Shown in pieces: positions 14,016-27,500 of a stretch of 64,000 nucleotides of DNA. The first letter of the stretch is position 1; the number at the start of each line of letters is the position of its first letter. This stretch comes from Chrysomallon squamiferum. Lineage: Eukaryota > Animalia > Mollusca. Location of the stretch: positions 21,762,001 through 21,826,000 of the forward strand of contig CM022672.1 in NCBI GenBank assembly GCA_012295275.1, read 5' to 3'. Under the pieces are notes generated by a model, which saw only the letters and a program-made list of their open reading frames with translations, was not told where the DNA came from and made no database searches. Position numbers and translations under genes: made by a program.

Positions 14016-14430
14016 TGTGGTCATACGATGACTTCAGTTTAAAAGTTACTCAATTTAGAGCACTGGAAAGCTCCTGGGGATAATTAGCTCATATTAAGTG
14101 AAGCTGAGGATCAAGTTTAAGAAACCAGACGTCACAGACGAACATGTATGCAACCGCGATAATTAGACGAAAATAAATATAATTTATCCATATCTGTACT
14201 GAATTTAAATTTATTTAATATTAAACAAAGTGAATAGATACGAGGCAAATAAATAAAGATAATGAATATTAAAATAAAACTATATTTAAAATGTGGCATT
14301 GTCCCTTACAGCTGTAATAGGTTTAGGAATTTGAATATTTAATTAATAAGGTCTCTCATTTAAAATTAGACAATATCAAAAACAAAATTCTCTGTTAAAA
14401 GGATGAAAATGATAAACAGCGAATATATGT

Positions 14431-14433
<3 letters not shown>

Positions 14434-14510
<77 letters not shown>

Positions 14511-14530
14511 ATTGATTGATTGATTGATTG
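14434..14530. repeat. (GA)n followed by (TTGA)n microsatellite
   Basis: Seen directly in the sequence. Confidence 0.95.
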
Positions 14531-15469
14531 ATACCGGATATAATGTAAGTACAGTACAAGATTCTGAAACAGAGGGACTGCTAGACAGACAGAAAAAAGG
14601 GGGCAGCTGCTAAAGGAACAACGAATAGTGAGAGAGGGACTGATTGAAATCAAAAGAAAATGTTTATTTTGGCTGGGCCCTTTTTTTTTTTTTTCTTCTT
14701 TCTTAAACTGCTTGTTCAGTTTGTCGCTTTACGTTTGCTCCGCACCGTTCACTGGGAGTTTGCTCACCTTCGATACTGTGTGTCAAATACCCACCAGAAG
14801 GTCAGAGTTACAGTGTATTGATCCGCGTGTTACCGAAATACAGCGCTTCTTCTGCGCGTTTGTTTGTCAAACTATTCACAGACGCAAACGAAATATACAA
14901 AGTCTTTTGAAACCAAAAATAGCATCACGATGATATGTGTCAATTTAATGCTCGCATAAATTGCTATTTTTGAATCATTAAGAACACAAAATTTTCTTTT
15001 AAGAAAATCCTTCCACCCCAACGATGTACCGTTTTCATAAATACTAGTCTCAAATGGCAGAAAATAATTTCTAAATAAAAAATTTTTAAAAATGAAGAAT
15101 AAAAATAATGCAGTCCACGACGGGATAAAATCGATTAAATACATGTCACTATGGAGATAACGAAACATGAATTTACAATAAATCCATTGTTAAACCATGA
15201 TCCGGTTTTGTTTTGTAATTTTCTCCAGAGCTGGGAGACTAAATCCACTGTTACCATATCTCAAGCGTATGAGAAATTATTAACTTACGAAACATTTGAA
15301 TTTATAAATGTATAAGCATGTGCACCTGTGAACATATATATGGTGTTTGTGTATGTGAGTACATATGTATTTAGGAATCCATATTTAATCATTTTGGAAA
15401 ATGCTGGAAAATTAATCTGATAATTATGAAGAATTTTATTTCATATTTCCAGTTTTATTTACGAAGTTA

Positions 15470-15972
15470 ATGACGTCATTGGTAGTTAAGAGAACCCTAA
15501 ATATTTCTTGTAACCAAGTTATAAAATGAAAATTTGAAAAGACTTACAAAATTTTAATTATAAAATATCATGCGGTGTATCCCAGCAACGAGTGAAAGGG
15601 CAATGAGGTTCAGAGATTTAAACGAAAATGTGTATGTTCCTGAATATGTACGCTTGTATGTATGTATGTATGTATGTATGTGTGTGTATGTATGTATGTT
15701 TGTTTGTATGTATGGTATGTATATATTTATGTATGTGTGTGTATGAATGCGTAAATATTTATGAATGTACGTGTGCATATATGTATATCTGTATACGTCA
15801 TTAGGAAATAAAAGACGTCAACGGTTACTAAGAGACACTTCGGTGTTTCTTGTAACTAAGCTATAAATTTTTTTTTTAAAATTGAGATAAAATTACAAAA
15901 TTTTAATCATAATACTCGGTGGATCCGAGCAACAAGTGAACAGAGTTTTTAGGTTCAGGCATTTAAACAAAA
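15470..15972. repeat. Diverged direct repeat of about 155 bp upstream of HR4
   Basis: gacgtca..ggt...taagaga...tttcttgtaac.aag.tataaa...ttacaaaattttaat.ata...cggtg..tcc.agcaac.agtgaa...aggttcag..atttaaac occurs at about 15471-15630 and about 15813-15972. Confidence 0.7.
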
Positions 15973-17253
15973 ATAAAATAAATAAGAAAATTAAGTCCTA
16001 AAAAAGTGTGAAAGTGTGTATGTATATACGTATGTATGAATGTTTATGAGCTTATTTTTATGTGTATCTCTGTGCATATTTCGTAATAAGCTAAATTTAA
16101 TATTATTAAAATTGTTACAAAAAGTGTGTATATGTATGTGCGTATGTCTGTATATACTTCGTTCGTTAGGTAACAAACTTTACCGTAATTCATTAATTAT
16201 AGAAAAATTCAGGTAATTTTGGTATTTAGGTGGGATTTTTGTGCGTGCGTGCTTTTTTTTTGGGGGGGGGGTTGTTTTTTGACGATGCACAATTAAATAA
16301 TATTAATATATCGAAACTAGAAACTAATTTCAATTCATATGGAAAAGATACAGGGAACGGAATCGAAAACCATAACAAATTTTGGCCTGTCATATTGTCT
16401 CCAATACAGAACATTGGTATGTATCAGAAGTTTTAAAATCTGAGCTATTTTAGCACATTGTAGCTCTCTAACATGATCCTTGTCAAGGTTGTTTGCTAAA
16501 GGTGATCTGTGTTTGGCTAAGGTTGCCACACCGTTTTACCAGAAGGATTTCTTTTTTCTTTGTTGATCGAAAGAACACAAACATAGCGTTCTATGTTTGG
16601 ACTGAAAAAGACTGGCTTGTCTTCAGATGTATTGACATGTTTAATCTGTTTCAGAATTAGAAGCGTAAGAAAACAGTTTTGTTTGTCGTATTTTTTAACC
16701 TACATATTTGAACCTTCCTGTTCCGGATCCACCCAGGAAAATACAAGCATTTGGCTTAGTTACCCAGCATTATTGAAACTGCTCTTGACCGTGAAACAGC
16801 GCCCCTACCAGCCTGGGGCTGAATGTGTGTGAAAGTTACAAGTTTTCAAAACGAAATGAATGTACTGAACGCAGCGGGAGTTTGATACGTTACAGAATTA
16901 ATAAGTAACATTTTCGTTGCATCGGTATCGTTATATTTTGGATTAACGAAACATGTGGGTTTTTTTTTTTTTTTTTTACCGGGAAGAAAACGGTTTTTCA
17001 GATCTGGGATGGTAATCACTTAGTAAATATATTAATAAATGTCGCTGTTTATGAAAAGTGTGTATAGTGTGTAATAAATCGTGCGTGGATATCGAAGTTG
17101 ACGCGGACACAAATGTTTGTGTTTTGTGCAAGTTCACAAAACTCGAAACCGATCCTCGTATTCATGTCTGGTTATGCTGGAGTTTGAGCTCGCTATCTCC
17201 AGAATGTAAAACAAGAAACTGGGCGAGTTAAAACTTCGATTAATTCATCGATA

Positions 17254-17623
17254 ATGACGGTAAGCAATTTTGTAACCTTTTGTTTTGTTTCCTTAGTAGA
17301 GAGAGAGAGAGAATTATTTTATTATTTACCCTAAATTATTTCGGCAGCTTAATTAGTGTTTATCAGACAAAACGGCGGATCTAGCTGAAGGTTCACAGAA
17401 TCCAGTAATGAACAGCGAAAGAAAAAGAGACAGAAACGGACAACTTAATATAGAAATGGAATAAATGTGTTAGAATGTTGTTAGTACAGTTATCTAAATA
17501 AATACATATTTTACAAATTATGATAATAGTTAATAGTTATTATAATTATTACTATTGTCGTTATTATTATTGTTATTGTTGTTGTTCTTAGTGTTATTAT
17601 TATTGTTATTGTTATTACTGTCA

Positions 17624-17682
<59 letters not shown>

Positions 17683-20600
17683 ATGACAGATGCAATTTCT
17701 CCGTCCTGTTCTCCAATGAGTTCACCATCCCGTTCAGATTCGCCCCAGAGTTTGTTTCGAGATTTGAAACTAAAGAGGAAACGAGTAATGGACATCATAA
17801 GTAATGATGGCGACTCACGTGCTAAACTCAACAGCCCCGAACACAAGAGCGATGTCGACAGCGCCTACATATCCGACCGATCCAGTGACGCCAGCGATTA
17901 CATGAGCGTCGATGATTACCCGCTGAAAAAAAGGCCTCTACGTGAAGCCAACGGGTCAGAACATTTCGACCACGAAACGCAGGAAAACAGAAGTGCCGCC
18001 AAGTATCAGTGTATGTCGGCGGAAAACTGCGGGTACCCAGACATGGGCTACTTCGGTTTCCCTTCTGGCTGCGTCAACATGGTGCCAAACCATCTGGTGC
18101 CGATGAACCCGGTTTCAGAGATGCAGCTTATTTCGTTGATGAACGCGACACCAGGGATGATTCTGGGACCAATGGGAGGCCCGCCCGTATATATTGCCAC
18201 AGCACCGTCCGGGTTCGCCTGCAGTGCAAATGGAATGACGATCATGCAAAAGATATGAATCTGTTCGGACACCCTGACAGTAACGAGCAAGCGTGTCAGA
18301 ATGAAAGCAGTCCGTCACAAGAAAACGTTCACGACGTCAGACCGGTTCATAAAAGAACTGATAAAGCCGTGGACGTCTCCGATAAAGTCTATCGGGACCA
18401 TCAGTTCATTTCTCATTACACTCAACAGAAGTTCCCTTACACGGGACATCTAGTCGAAAGACCCGCAAAGTCACATAGCAAAAACGATCCTGGTCAGAGA
18501 GAAGACGATTCAGAGCCTGAGGACATGATGCTCTGCGCGATATGCAACGATCGATCCACGGGGCTGCATTACGGAATAATCACATGCGAAGGGTAATATT
18601 TAGCAAATGCACGATAACATTACAATCTTAACATCTTTTTTTTTGTATTCTTTATTTAATTTACAAACATATTACAGTTAATGTCACATATATATTTTTT
18701 TTCTATTTATATCAGTAATTGTACTTAAAATGTACCTGTGGTGGATCTAAAAAAACAACAAACAAAAAAACTACATTTTATTGTCATACTTTGCTTTTCA
18801 AACAATACTTCGGTAAGCCCGAACAATAAAAATAACACAATAAATTTCATCACCGCTATTTCATCCTTTCACAACTGGAGATTTGACATTTTCATGTTTA
18901 TGGCAGACTGGTAGCCATATTTTATTGCTACGCTAATAATATTAGAATATTTAGAGAAACATCGGTCCGCCCTTGTATCTACAGAAAAAATGGCCGTGCA
19001 CAGATCAAGTTTATTTGTTAATTAAGATTGGATGATAAAAAAAAAAAAAAAAAAAAAAAAAAAATAGAACTAATATGTAAGTATGCCAGATTTATTCAGA
19101 AACTTTTTTTCCTTTTAAAAATATTTGTATGTTTATTATTATTTAAAATATTTCTGCTTTTTCATTTCTTTAACTTTCTTTCTTTTCTTCTTTTTTTAAA
19201 ATATTAAATCTGGATTTTTAAATTTCTACGACTTAAGATTGTTCTCGATTTCTCTGTTTGTGATGTTTTGAATGAATGTTTAATTTTCTGTTTATATTTA
19301 AAGATGTAAAGGTTTCTTCAAACGCACGGTTCAAAATAAGAGGGTGTACACCTGCATAGCCAGTGGAAACTGTGAAATCAACAAGGCTCAGCGTAACAGA
19401 TGTCAGTACTGTCGCTTTAAAAAGTGCTTGCTTATGGGAATGGTGCTTGCAGGTAAGAAATTTATATATATATACAACTGTCCCTTTTTTTTGTTCTATC
19501 TATCTGTCTACTTGAGGTACAGAACCAAGATTTCGATCATGAAAATGATCGAAATATGGTGACTTGGGGGGTGGGTAAACGAGTGAGTTCACCAGCCTAT
19601 TCTAACAGAGCAGTATGTTTAAAAAGTTCAGTACTTTCAGTTTGTATTTCTCAAAGGCATTATTAAGTTCTTGAGGCTTATCCAGTTTCATGTTGGTATC
19701 CTACAGATTTCAATGCATGTGCCAATTTAACAGGTCCTCGCCAAAAGGTATTTTTTTTTAATTATTATTATTAATTTCCTTCATTATTATTAATATTTAC
19801 TTACTTGTCTTTTTCAGCCGTGAGAGAAGACAGAATGCCAGGAGGACGTAATTCCGGGGCCGTCTACAACATGTACAAGGTAATATGATAATTCACGCAA
19901 CTATCAGGCAATTGTTCAGTGAACGAAAACACCTCTATGGGTTAATCTCTTACGAGACGTCATCTGTTCAGTAAGCATTTTGCATGTTATCTTTTGTCAT
20001 CTGTGACAGAGATCTATAAATCAACAGTGACCAAGATAGCGTTGCATAATCTATACGCAACTAATAAAAGTGCGTATTCGTCTGGTAATTTCATTTAGGT
20101 TAAGTGATTTCTTTCTTCTCGCGGTTCATAAATGAATAGTTTTCAAGCGTCTGATCAAATACATCTTTCTTTCAGTCGACAAGTACACATTTCTGTCGAC
20201 ATAAACGTCTATCTACCTTCCTACATACCTAATTACAGATATCAGTACATAGTTAATTTAAGTAAATATTAGTTTGAATTTTTGCAGTGCAAAACTTGAT
20301 GGCCGAATATTATCTGAAAGAACTAAATGAGAATTATTACATTTATCTTATCTGGAAACAATGATAAATAAATAAGACATACGTGTGTTTATTTTTACCA
20401 TATAAACTGATTAAGTGTATTCCATTGACACGTTAATGGCAAACGACTGTTATCTTGTGACGGGTCGTCATCACGTACTGACATTTCACGAAATTCAACT
20501 GATTTTTTTATTTTATTACAGGTCAAGTACAAAAAACAGAAACCACGAGAACTAACGACGGATCTCTATAAACAGCGAATGGCTCAGATGAAAATCGAGA

Positions 20601-21700
20601 AGTTGCACGGAACAAACGGACGTCAGAAGAGAAGCGAAAACTCTTCGTTGCAGCAGGCAGTGCCAGACTGCCATTACATTCGGGCGCGGTCTCAGTCTAA
20701 GTTATCTACCTCCTCAACCTCGCTGTCGTCGGGCTCTAGTCAGATGGTACCGAGGCCTGCAGTCCAAGAGCAGATGCCTCCGAACTTGAAAGTTGAATTT
20801 CTTATCCAGGAGCTGATGAAAGCCGACTCGTTGCTTGGCATCGCGGAATCCTACAGAATCAACGAGATCTCAGGAAACGAGGAGTCGATCGCTCAAGTTC
20901 TGTTCAACATCGGCGACGACATCGTCCAGCGACTTGTGCAGTGGATCAAGTGTCTGCCGTTTTGTGAAAATATTCCGACAGACTTGCAGTCGAAAATTCT
21001 GACCAACAAATGGTACGAGTTGGTGCTGCTCATCATGACGTCGTACACGGCTTTGTCCGGTAACTCTTCTACGTATGAACAGCTCTACTATCGCAACATC
21101 CGCAAACTTCAGAGTTACCTGAAAGAGACGTTTGGCAAATCGTTCAACGCAGAGCAGCTTCATCTAGAGATCGGCGGTGTCATGGAGAAAGTAACGCGCA
21201 TCATGACCTTTTTCTGCGAGATGGAACTGACGCGTCAAGAATACGTTTGTCTTCAGATTATCCTGCTGTTCAGTCCTGGTGAGTTCTATTTTCATATCAG
21301 CAGATTTTGTTTGTTTATAATGTCTGTATGTGTCTTTGTCTGTGTGTGTGTCTGTATGTGTGTGTGTCTGTGTGTGTTTGTATGCACTTATTTTGAGCTC
21401 AGTAAAACTTGGGCAAACATATCGTAAACATCGTCTTTATCATCATTGTCAACAATCACCATAATCGTTTTATAACTAATTTGTTAATTTTTTTTTAAAG
21501 ATGATTCACAACGGAATCCCATCTTGGAACGTGTTCAGAAATCATACATGGCGGTCCTGCAAGAGTACATCAGAATTCACTATCCACAGGATCGAAAGAG
21601 ATACGAGCAGCTTCTTCTGTCAGTGCCCTACATCCAGTCAGCATCGCGTCTCCTACTCAAGAGCAAAATGATCTACATTCCCTTCCTCTTGAACTGTTAG
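17254..21700 (+). CDS. Hr4: Orphan nuclear receptor HR4 (NR6A group, GCNF-related); the large exon contains an apparent -1 frameshift
   Basis: Exons 17254-17259 (ATGACG|gtaagc, tentative), 17683-18592, 19304-19452, 19818-19879, 20522-21278 and 21501-21700. The [98 protein letters not shown] is HR4-typical. The LBD has [18 protein letters not shown]...[12 protein letters not shown] and ends [16 protein letters not shown], without a canonical AF-2 helix, as in HR4/GCNF. Frame changes near 18248-18258. Confidence 0.92.
17540..17680. repeat. (TTA/TTG)n microsatellite ending at the acceptor of the large HR4 exon
   Basis: ...ttattattattcag|ATGACAGAT, with AG at 17681-17682. Confidence 0.9.
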
Positions 21701-22003
21701 AGGCTGCAGAAGACCACGAGCTGCCTTTGTGGTGTTGTATTGGTTTTCTGTCCTCGTTGAGTACGGGGAGAAAAAAACAAAAACAAAAACAGCTAACGAA
21801 ATGCTCAAAGCCTTGAAATTCTGAGGTTTTGATTTTATATGCTCAGTGTGTAAGTGAAAAGATGAAACTGTTTTAAAGTCTTTGAAATATTGTAATCATG
21901 GTTTACGTAATTAAAAGAAAAATGAAACTGAAATATATATATATATAATTGTTAGAAGATCTGAAAAAGTGTTTTGTGATGCTACTTAAACGAATGTTAC
22001 TGT

Positions 22004-22155
22004 CTCGGCTAGCACATTTGTCTGGCCTAAAGTTGGCACGCATTCGGACGAAAGAAAGTCCACGTCTCACCCACGCGATGTCGGATCTGGTCCAATGAGG
22101 GCTACCTTTGGGCCAAATCGAGGCCACCTTCGAGCCAATAAATGTGCTAGCTGGG
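22004..22155. mobile_element. 152 bp MITE-like element downstream of the HR4 stop (likely 3' UTR)
   Basis: Imperfect 16 bp terminal inverted repeats ctcggctagcacattt ... aaatgtgctagctggg around a GC-rich core in AT-rich flanks; no clear target-site duplication. Confidence 0.65.
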
Positions 22156-23155
22156 AAAGGTTTTACTGTCACCGCACAAAGATACGGCTTTATTTATCGT
22201 TCATATTCGTTTGAACATGACTTAATCAAAGACTTAATTTATATTTTGTGTTGAAATGTTGAATTTTTAAATATTTAAAGATAGTTGCTCCTAACTGTTG
22301 TCCATATTTGCTAAAGCATGATTTTAATGCTGAATCATAGTGCTAAAATGACTTTATTTATTTTATGTTGAAATGTCTTTGAAATTTGAAATGTTTAAAG
22401 TTACGGTTCTGTTATTGTTGAATTGTGGATGAATGATTTAAAAAAGGATGGCTCTTGAAAGAAAATTATTAAATTTGTTTGAAGAATGTGTTATTTAAAA
22501 CGGTGGCTATATAGCATTTCTGTAAAAATAATGTTTACCGTTTTTGTTTTATATTTTGTTACTTATTTTTAAACAGTCGATTTTCTCGAAATTATTAGTG
22601 TGCATGTCTGTATATATAAGTGTGTGTGTGTATAATATTATTTAAAATTATATACGCGAGTGAGTGTGTTTGTATGTGTATGCATGTGTGTGTACCTGTG
22701 TTTGTGTGTGTATATAATATTTTATTCATTTTACATGATATAAACATTGACTGTCAAATTATTCATTAATTCTGACAGTCACAAGACATTAATTAATTAC
22801 AGTATTAATATATGTGCATCGTAGGCTTGTCCATTTTCATCCATTTGACAAACTGTAAAATTGTTTCTTGAAACAGATGAGATGTATTTATTTATATTTT
22901 TGCAAATGTAATTTTCACATACTTGTGTTATATATTTGTAATGCATGAAATAACGTAATAAATGGATGAAAACTTAGATTTATTGTCTTATTTTTTACTG
23001 GTGGATTGAAAGACTTTTATGTGAATAATTGTTATGCTATTTATAATAATACACACACTCACACACAGACACACAAACACACACAAGCACGTGCATAGTG
23101 CCTACATACAAAACAGAACGATGACCAAAAACTAAAATGTATAAATACAAAATAC

Positions 23156-23208
<53 letters not shown>

Positions 23209-24541
23209 TATAATAATTTAAAAATCAACATATTTTTATATTCATAGTTATAAACTTTATAACAAAGATTCATGAAATAAAGAAAAATGCCGAAGTTCGA
23301 TCAAGAAAACGAGACAAGAAACCCTCACAGACTGGGCGAAAATACATCGTAACATGAAGTCCTGAATGATTTCAAAAACCAGTATGAGCAAACAAAATTT
23401 CGACCATGGGTAAGAAGATGAATACAATTATATCGTTAAATATTTTATTTCGCTGATTTCAAATTTCCAAACATATTTCTAAAATATGCCATTTTCGTTC
23501 TCGCTTCGTACATTTTTAGGGATGGTAAAATGCAGACGTTCGATATCTATTTTATTTACAGAAGCATTTGAATTTGAGAGAGAGAGAGATGTGTGTGTGT
23601 GTACATACATACCAAACGCACACATACGCAGATACACACATGCAACAATTAAAAAAAAAAAATGACATACACACTTTTTTCGGATATTGCTTTTATAGAG
23701 AAATGGATAGTGTGTTTTTATTTCATGTATTATATATATGCTTTTCATGTAAAGAACATGAAAATAAATGTAGAACGATCACACATTATTTATTTATTTA
23801 TAATAATTATTATTATTATTTTTTTTTTTTTAAAGAAAACCGATTTACTTTAAGAAAATGAAAATAACCATAGTACGATCATACCACCAATAACTACATT
23901 AACTTCGTTGTTTTTTCTTTAAACCTCAAGACCAAAGCAGCCTTGCTTCTAGCATCCCTTTTTGGTGCTCAATACTGAAGATAGAATTGAGAGAGAGATA
24001 TTGATGTGTGTGTGTGTGTGTGTGTGTGATATCGATGTGGGTATTGTAATACATTTGATATCTTGGGCCTCCTCCAAAAAACTGCATAGCTGTCTGGCCC
24101 TCTCTTTCCCCAAAGCAGCTCATATAAAAAAAATAATCGTGTCTAAACATTCTTCCATAACCTGCCAGTTATATGATAAATGATTTAGTTACAAAGCTCT
24201 TCTAGCAGTGTGCTAACAGTACACATGTAGGGCATATTCTCTGCATACAAAGGAACCACAACTATTTAACAAAAAAATTTGAATTTTATTGTATGTAAAT
24301 AAATACTTTTAATCATACAAATTCTGTACAACAGCCAACAAATGCATACTGTTCTAATAACAGTTAATTATAATAATTTTAATAATGTATTGTCAAATAA
24401 CAAATGATGGTAATGTAACTTCTATTATAGTAATGGTGATATAGCCAATAGAAAAACAAAATGTCTTTGATCAGGTATAATATTAATAAGAAAGAAAAAA
24501 GAAAACACTACTATTATAATCTAAAAATAAAGTAACAATTA

Positions 24542-24579
<38 letters not shown>

Positions 24580-27500
24580 TATTAATAATGATAATAATTA
24601 AAAAAATAGTCAGAAAGATAATGATGAATACTCAAAATTTAGAGTTTTAACTTTTTTACTGTATCAAAAAACATCAATAAATACAAACTGTATATAAAAC
24701 AGTTTAAGAATGTAGATATTATTTCAGTCACTTAGTCAATCCACTTTTGGAAAATAAATATAAATTATACCGCAGTCACAGGTCATTTCAAAAAGTTTTT
24801 TTTATTAATTCACATATTTTGTTTGTCTTACATTGTTTGAAGTGTTATTTCAAAAACAAATTACAGACATCTACATAAAATTATGAATAATAATAATAAT
24901 AAAAAAAAAAGGTTTTACCATCAGCCAAAAATGTTAGCTTTAACCATCACAGATAATGTCAACAATAGTTGTATGTAAAATTCACTAAACAGGTTGTGTA
25001 AAGTTATTTATTGTTGTGTATCTACATAGGTTTGAATTTCTTCACTGCAGCCATAGTCAACTTTAGGGAATGTTATTACGAAAGTCATCAAAAACTAACT
25101 TTCAAACCGTATCATAAAAACCTTTTTTCAAAAACAGTAATTCATCAAATGTTCCTGTTATTTCTGAATAAATAAATGACTCATTTTGGTTCAACTTGTA
25201 GTTTAAAAAATTAAGTTTGTATTTCTGAACTTCATATTATAATAATAATAATAATGAGTTTTATAAAAATTATTTATTATATATTCCTCAAAGTTTAATA
25301 AATGCATTTTGAATAAATATATGATTATTTTCGAGTCAGCTGGTTGAATAAGCAGTTCTGTGTTTCTCTGACTCAATAATGACAATGTGAATGTTAATAA
25401 CAGTGAATATTAATTTTTTTTTGTAAAAATTCAAAATAATAATTTATCATCTGCTTCTGATCATGTTGAATAAATAAATATATGATTCTTTTTGTGTCTG
25501 CTACTGGTTGAGTCACTTGTTCAAAAGTTAGGTTTGTACTTCTTCACTTCGACCATGACGTGGTGGATGTTAATGAGTTCGTTTCGTATCTGCATGTTTC
25601 GGAATGGTCCTTGAGACAAAACCTTCTGAAACCGATGGTAGTACTGAATCAGCTGAGTTAGAGCTCCCTGTGGAAAAACAACAACAACAAATAATAATAA
25701 TAATAATAGTAATAATAGTGAAAGTAGCGCTTGTTGTAATAGCAGTAGTAGTAGTAGTAATAATAATAATAATAAAAATAAAAATAAACAAAATACAATA
25801 GAAAAGCCACTATTGATGTCACTGATGTTTGAATGAGTGTGTATTAAAGTAACTACAGGTACCTGTAATATTTGAGTGCCATTTTTGAAGTTGGTAAATG
25901 ATCTCATAACGTCCTGATTAATGACTTCAAGAGCCCGCTTCCAGTCATTGTTGAAACCCCTCACAATCTGAGGTACTCGCTCTACAGAGAAAGAACAGGA
26001 AAATTTCATCCGTTTACAGAATATCCTCTTTTTTTTCAAACTTAGAATATTTATGTCCATTTTAAAAGAACAATAACAATAAAAAAATAAATAAATAAAA
26101 AGAAGATTTCTGCTTTTAAATAAAACAGTTATATTGTTATTTAATTCCAATTTTATAATTTTATTTTTGAAATTAGACAAGTTCCTCTGAATAAATGATT
26201 TAGATTAATAATGGTGACTGATATATATATATATATATATATATTTATGTTTAGTTTAAAATTCAAAGATGTCTTTCTGTGTTTATTTATTTAAATTTTG
26301 CAAGTGCATTATGATTATATTTTCCGAAACTCACTCTCTTCATTTTTAAGCAAATCAATCTGTCCCCTCTCTACAAGAACTTCACAGTCTTTGACAAATG
26401 TTATCATGCCACCAAAGTGAGGGGCAAGTATCTCTTCCACAAATTCCTGAGTTCTTGCCTGCAACAAGTCTTTAAAGCTTTCTGTCTCTTTGGAATCTTC
26501 AGAAGTTCTTTCCTTGAAAGAGACAGTTTTGATAAGGTCAACATTCACATGACAAATTATTATTCCTTGGTTCTGTAATTAATTCTGTCAGTATTTAACC
26601 TATTAATTTGATCAACTGTTTTCAGTGTGTTAAATGGTTAGCAAAGATATTATCTGAATAGTAGTTTTGACAAAACATAGAGACAGTTTTGATAATAGGA
26701 TCATGAAATTTGGATTATTCTTTATTTCTTGGTTCCTTATTTAATAGGGTAAGTACTGACAGAAATAATTATGCTAAAATTTGATTCAGAATCTCAAGGA
26801 TGTTATTTGAATATTTTTAACAAAATATAATACTGAAATATAATTAATGAAATATAAACTTTTAAGCAAACAGCTATATACATTTCTATAAAAACAAACC
26901 CTACTCATTAAACATTTTAATGACATCATTTCAAGAAATACAATCGTAGTAGGTTTGTTATTTCAATGGAAAAATTAGTGTGTGGTGTGTGTTTGAGTGT
27001 TGTGTACAGGGTCCATGCACGTGTGTGTGTGTGTGTGTGCATGCGCAATGCATGCTTATGTTCTTATGTATGAACAGATGGTTATTATAACTTACTGAAA
27101 TTACTAAGTGAAGCTTTAAATTAATATGTATTTGTATGTGTATGTGTGTTAAGTGTATATATATTTATGTGTATGAACACATAGTTATCATAAATTACTG
27201 ATATCAATATCTGAAGCTTTGAATAAGTTTCACAAAAGTAACCAACCATCAGCACTCCCAGCATCATGTCGTAGTTGTTAATGAGGTACACCAGCTGTTC
27301 TTTTCTGTGAGGAAATGCAGCTGCCATCTTGAGGATGAAATTTTCAACTTCGGTCTGTAACTGGCTTAAAAGTCTGTCAGTCTTTTCATTTGGGTACGAC
27401 TGATTAATTCCAATAATAGCGGCAGAAAACTCGGCATATCTTCGTGTAACCTACAATCACAAACATCTGATGGATGAAAAGAAATTAAATAAATGAAAAA

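Noticed and set aside
18011-18126. A GTATGT...CAG intron that would correct the HR4 frame
   Set aside because: No pyrimidine tract, and it would replace plausible frame-1 sequence with atypical -1 frame sequence.
22045-22066. ggacgaaagaaagtcc resembling hammerhead stem II
   Set aside because: No CUGANGA core on either strand; treated as a MITE-internal hairpin.
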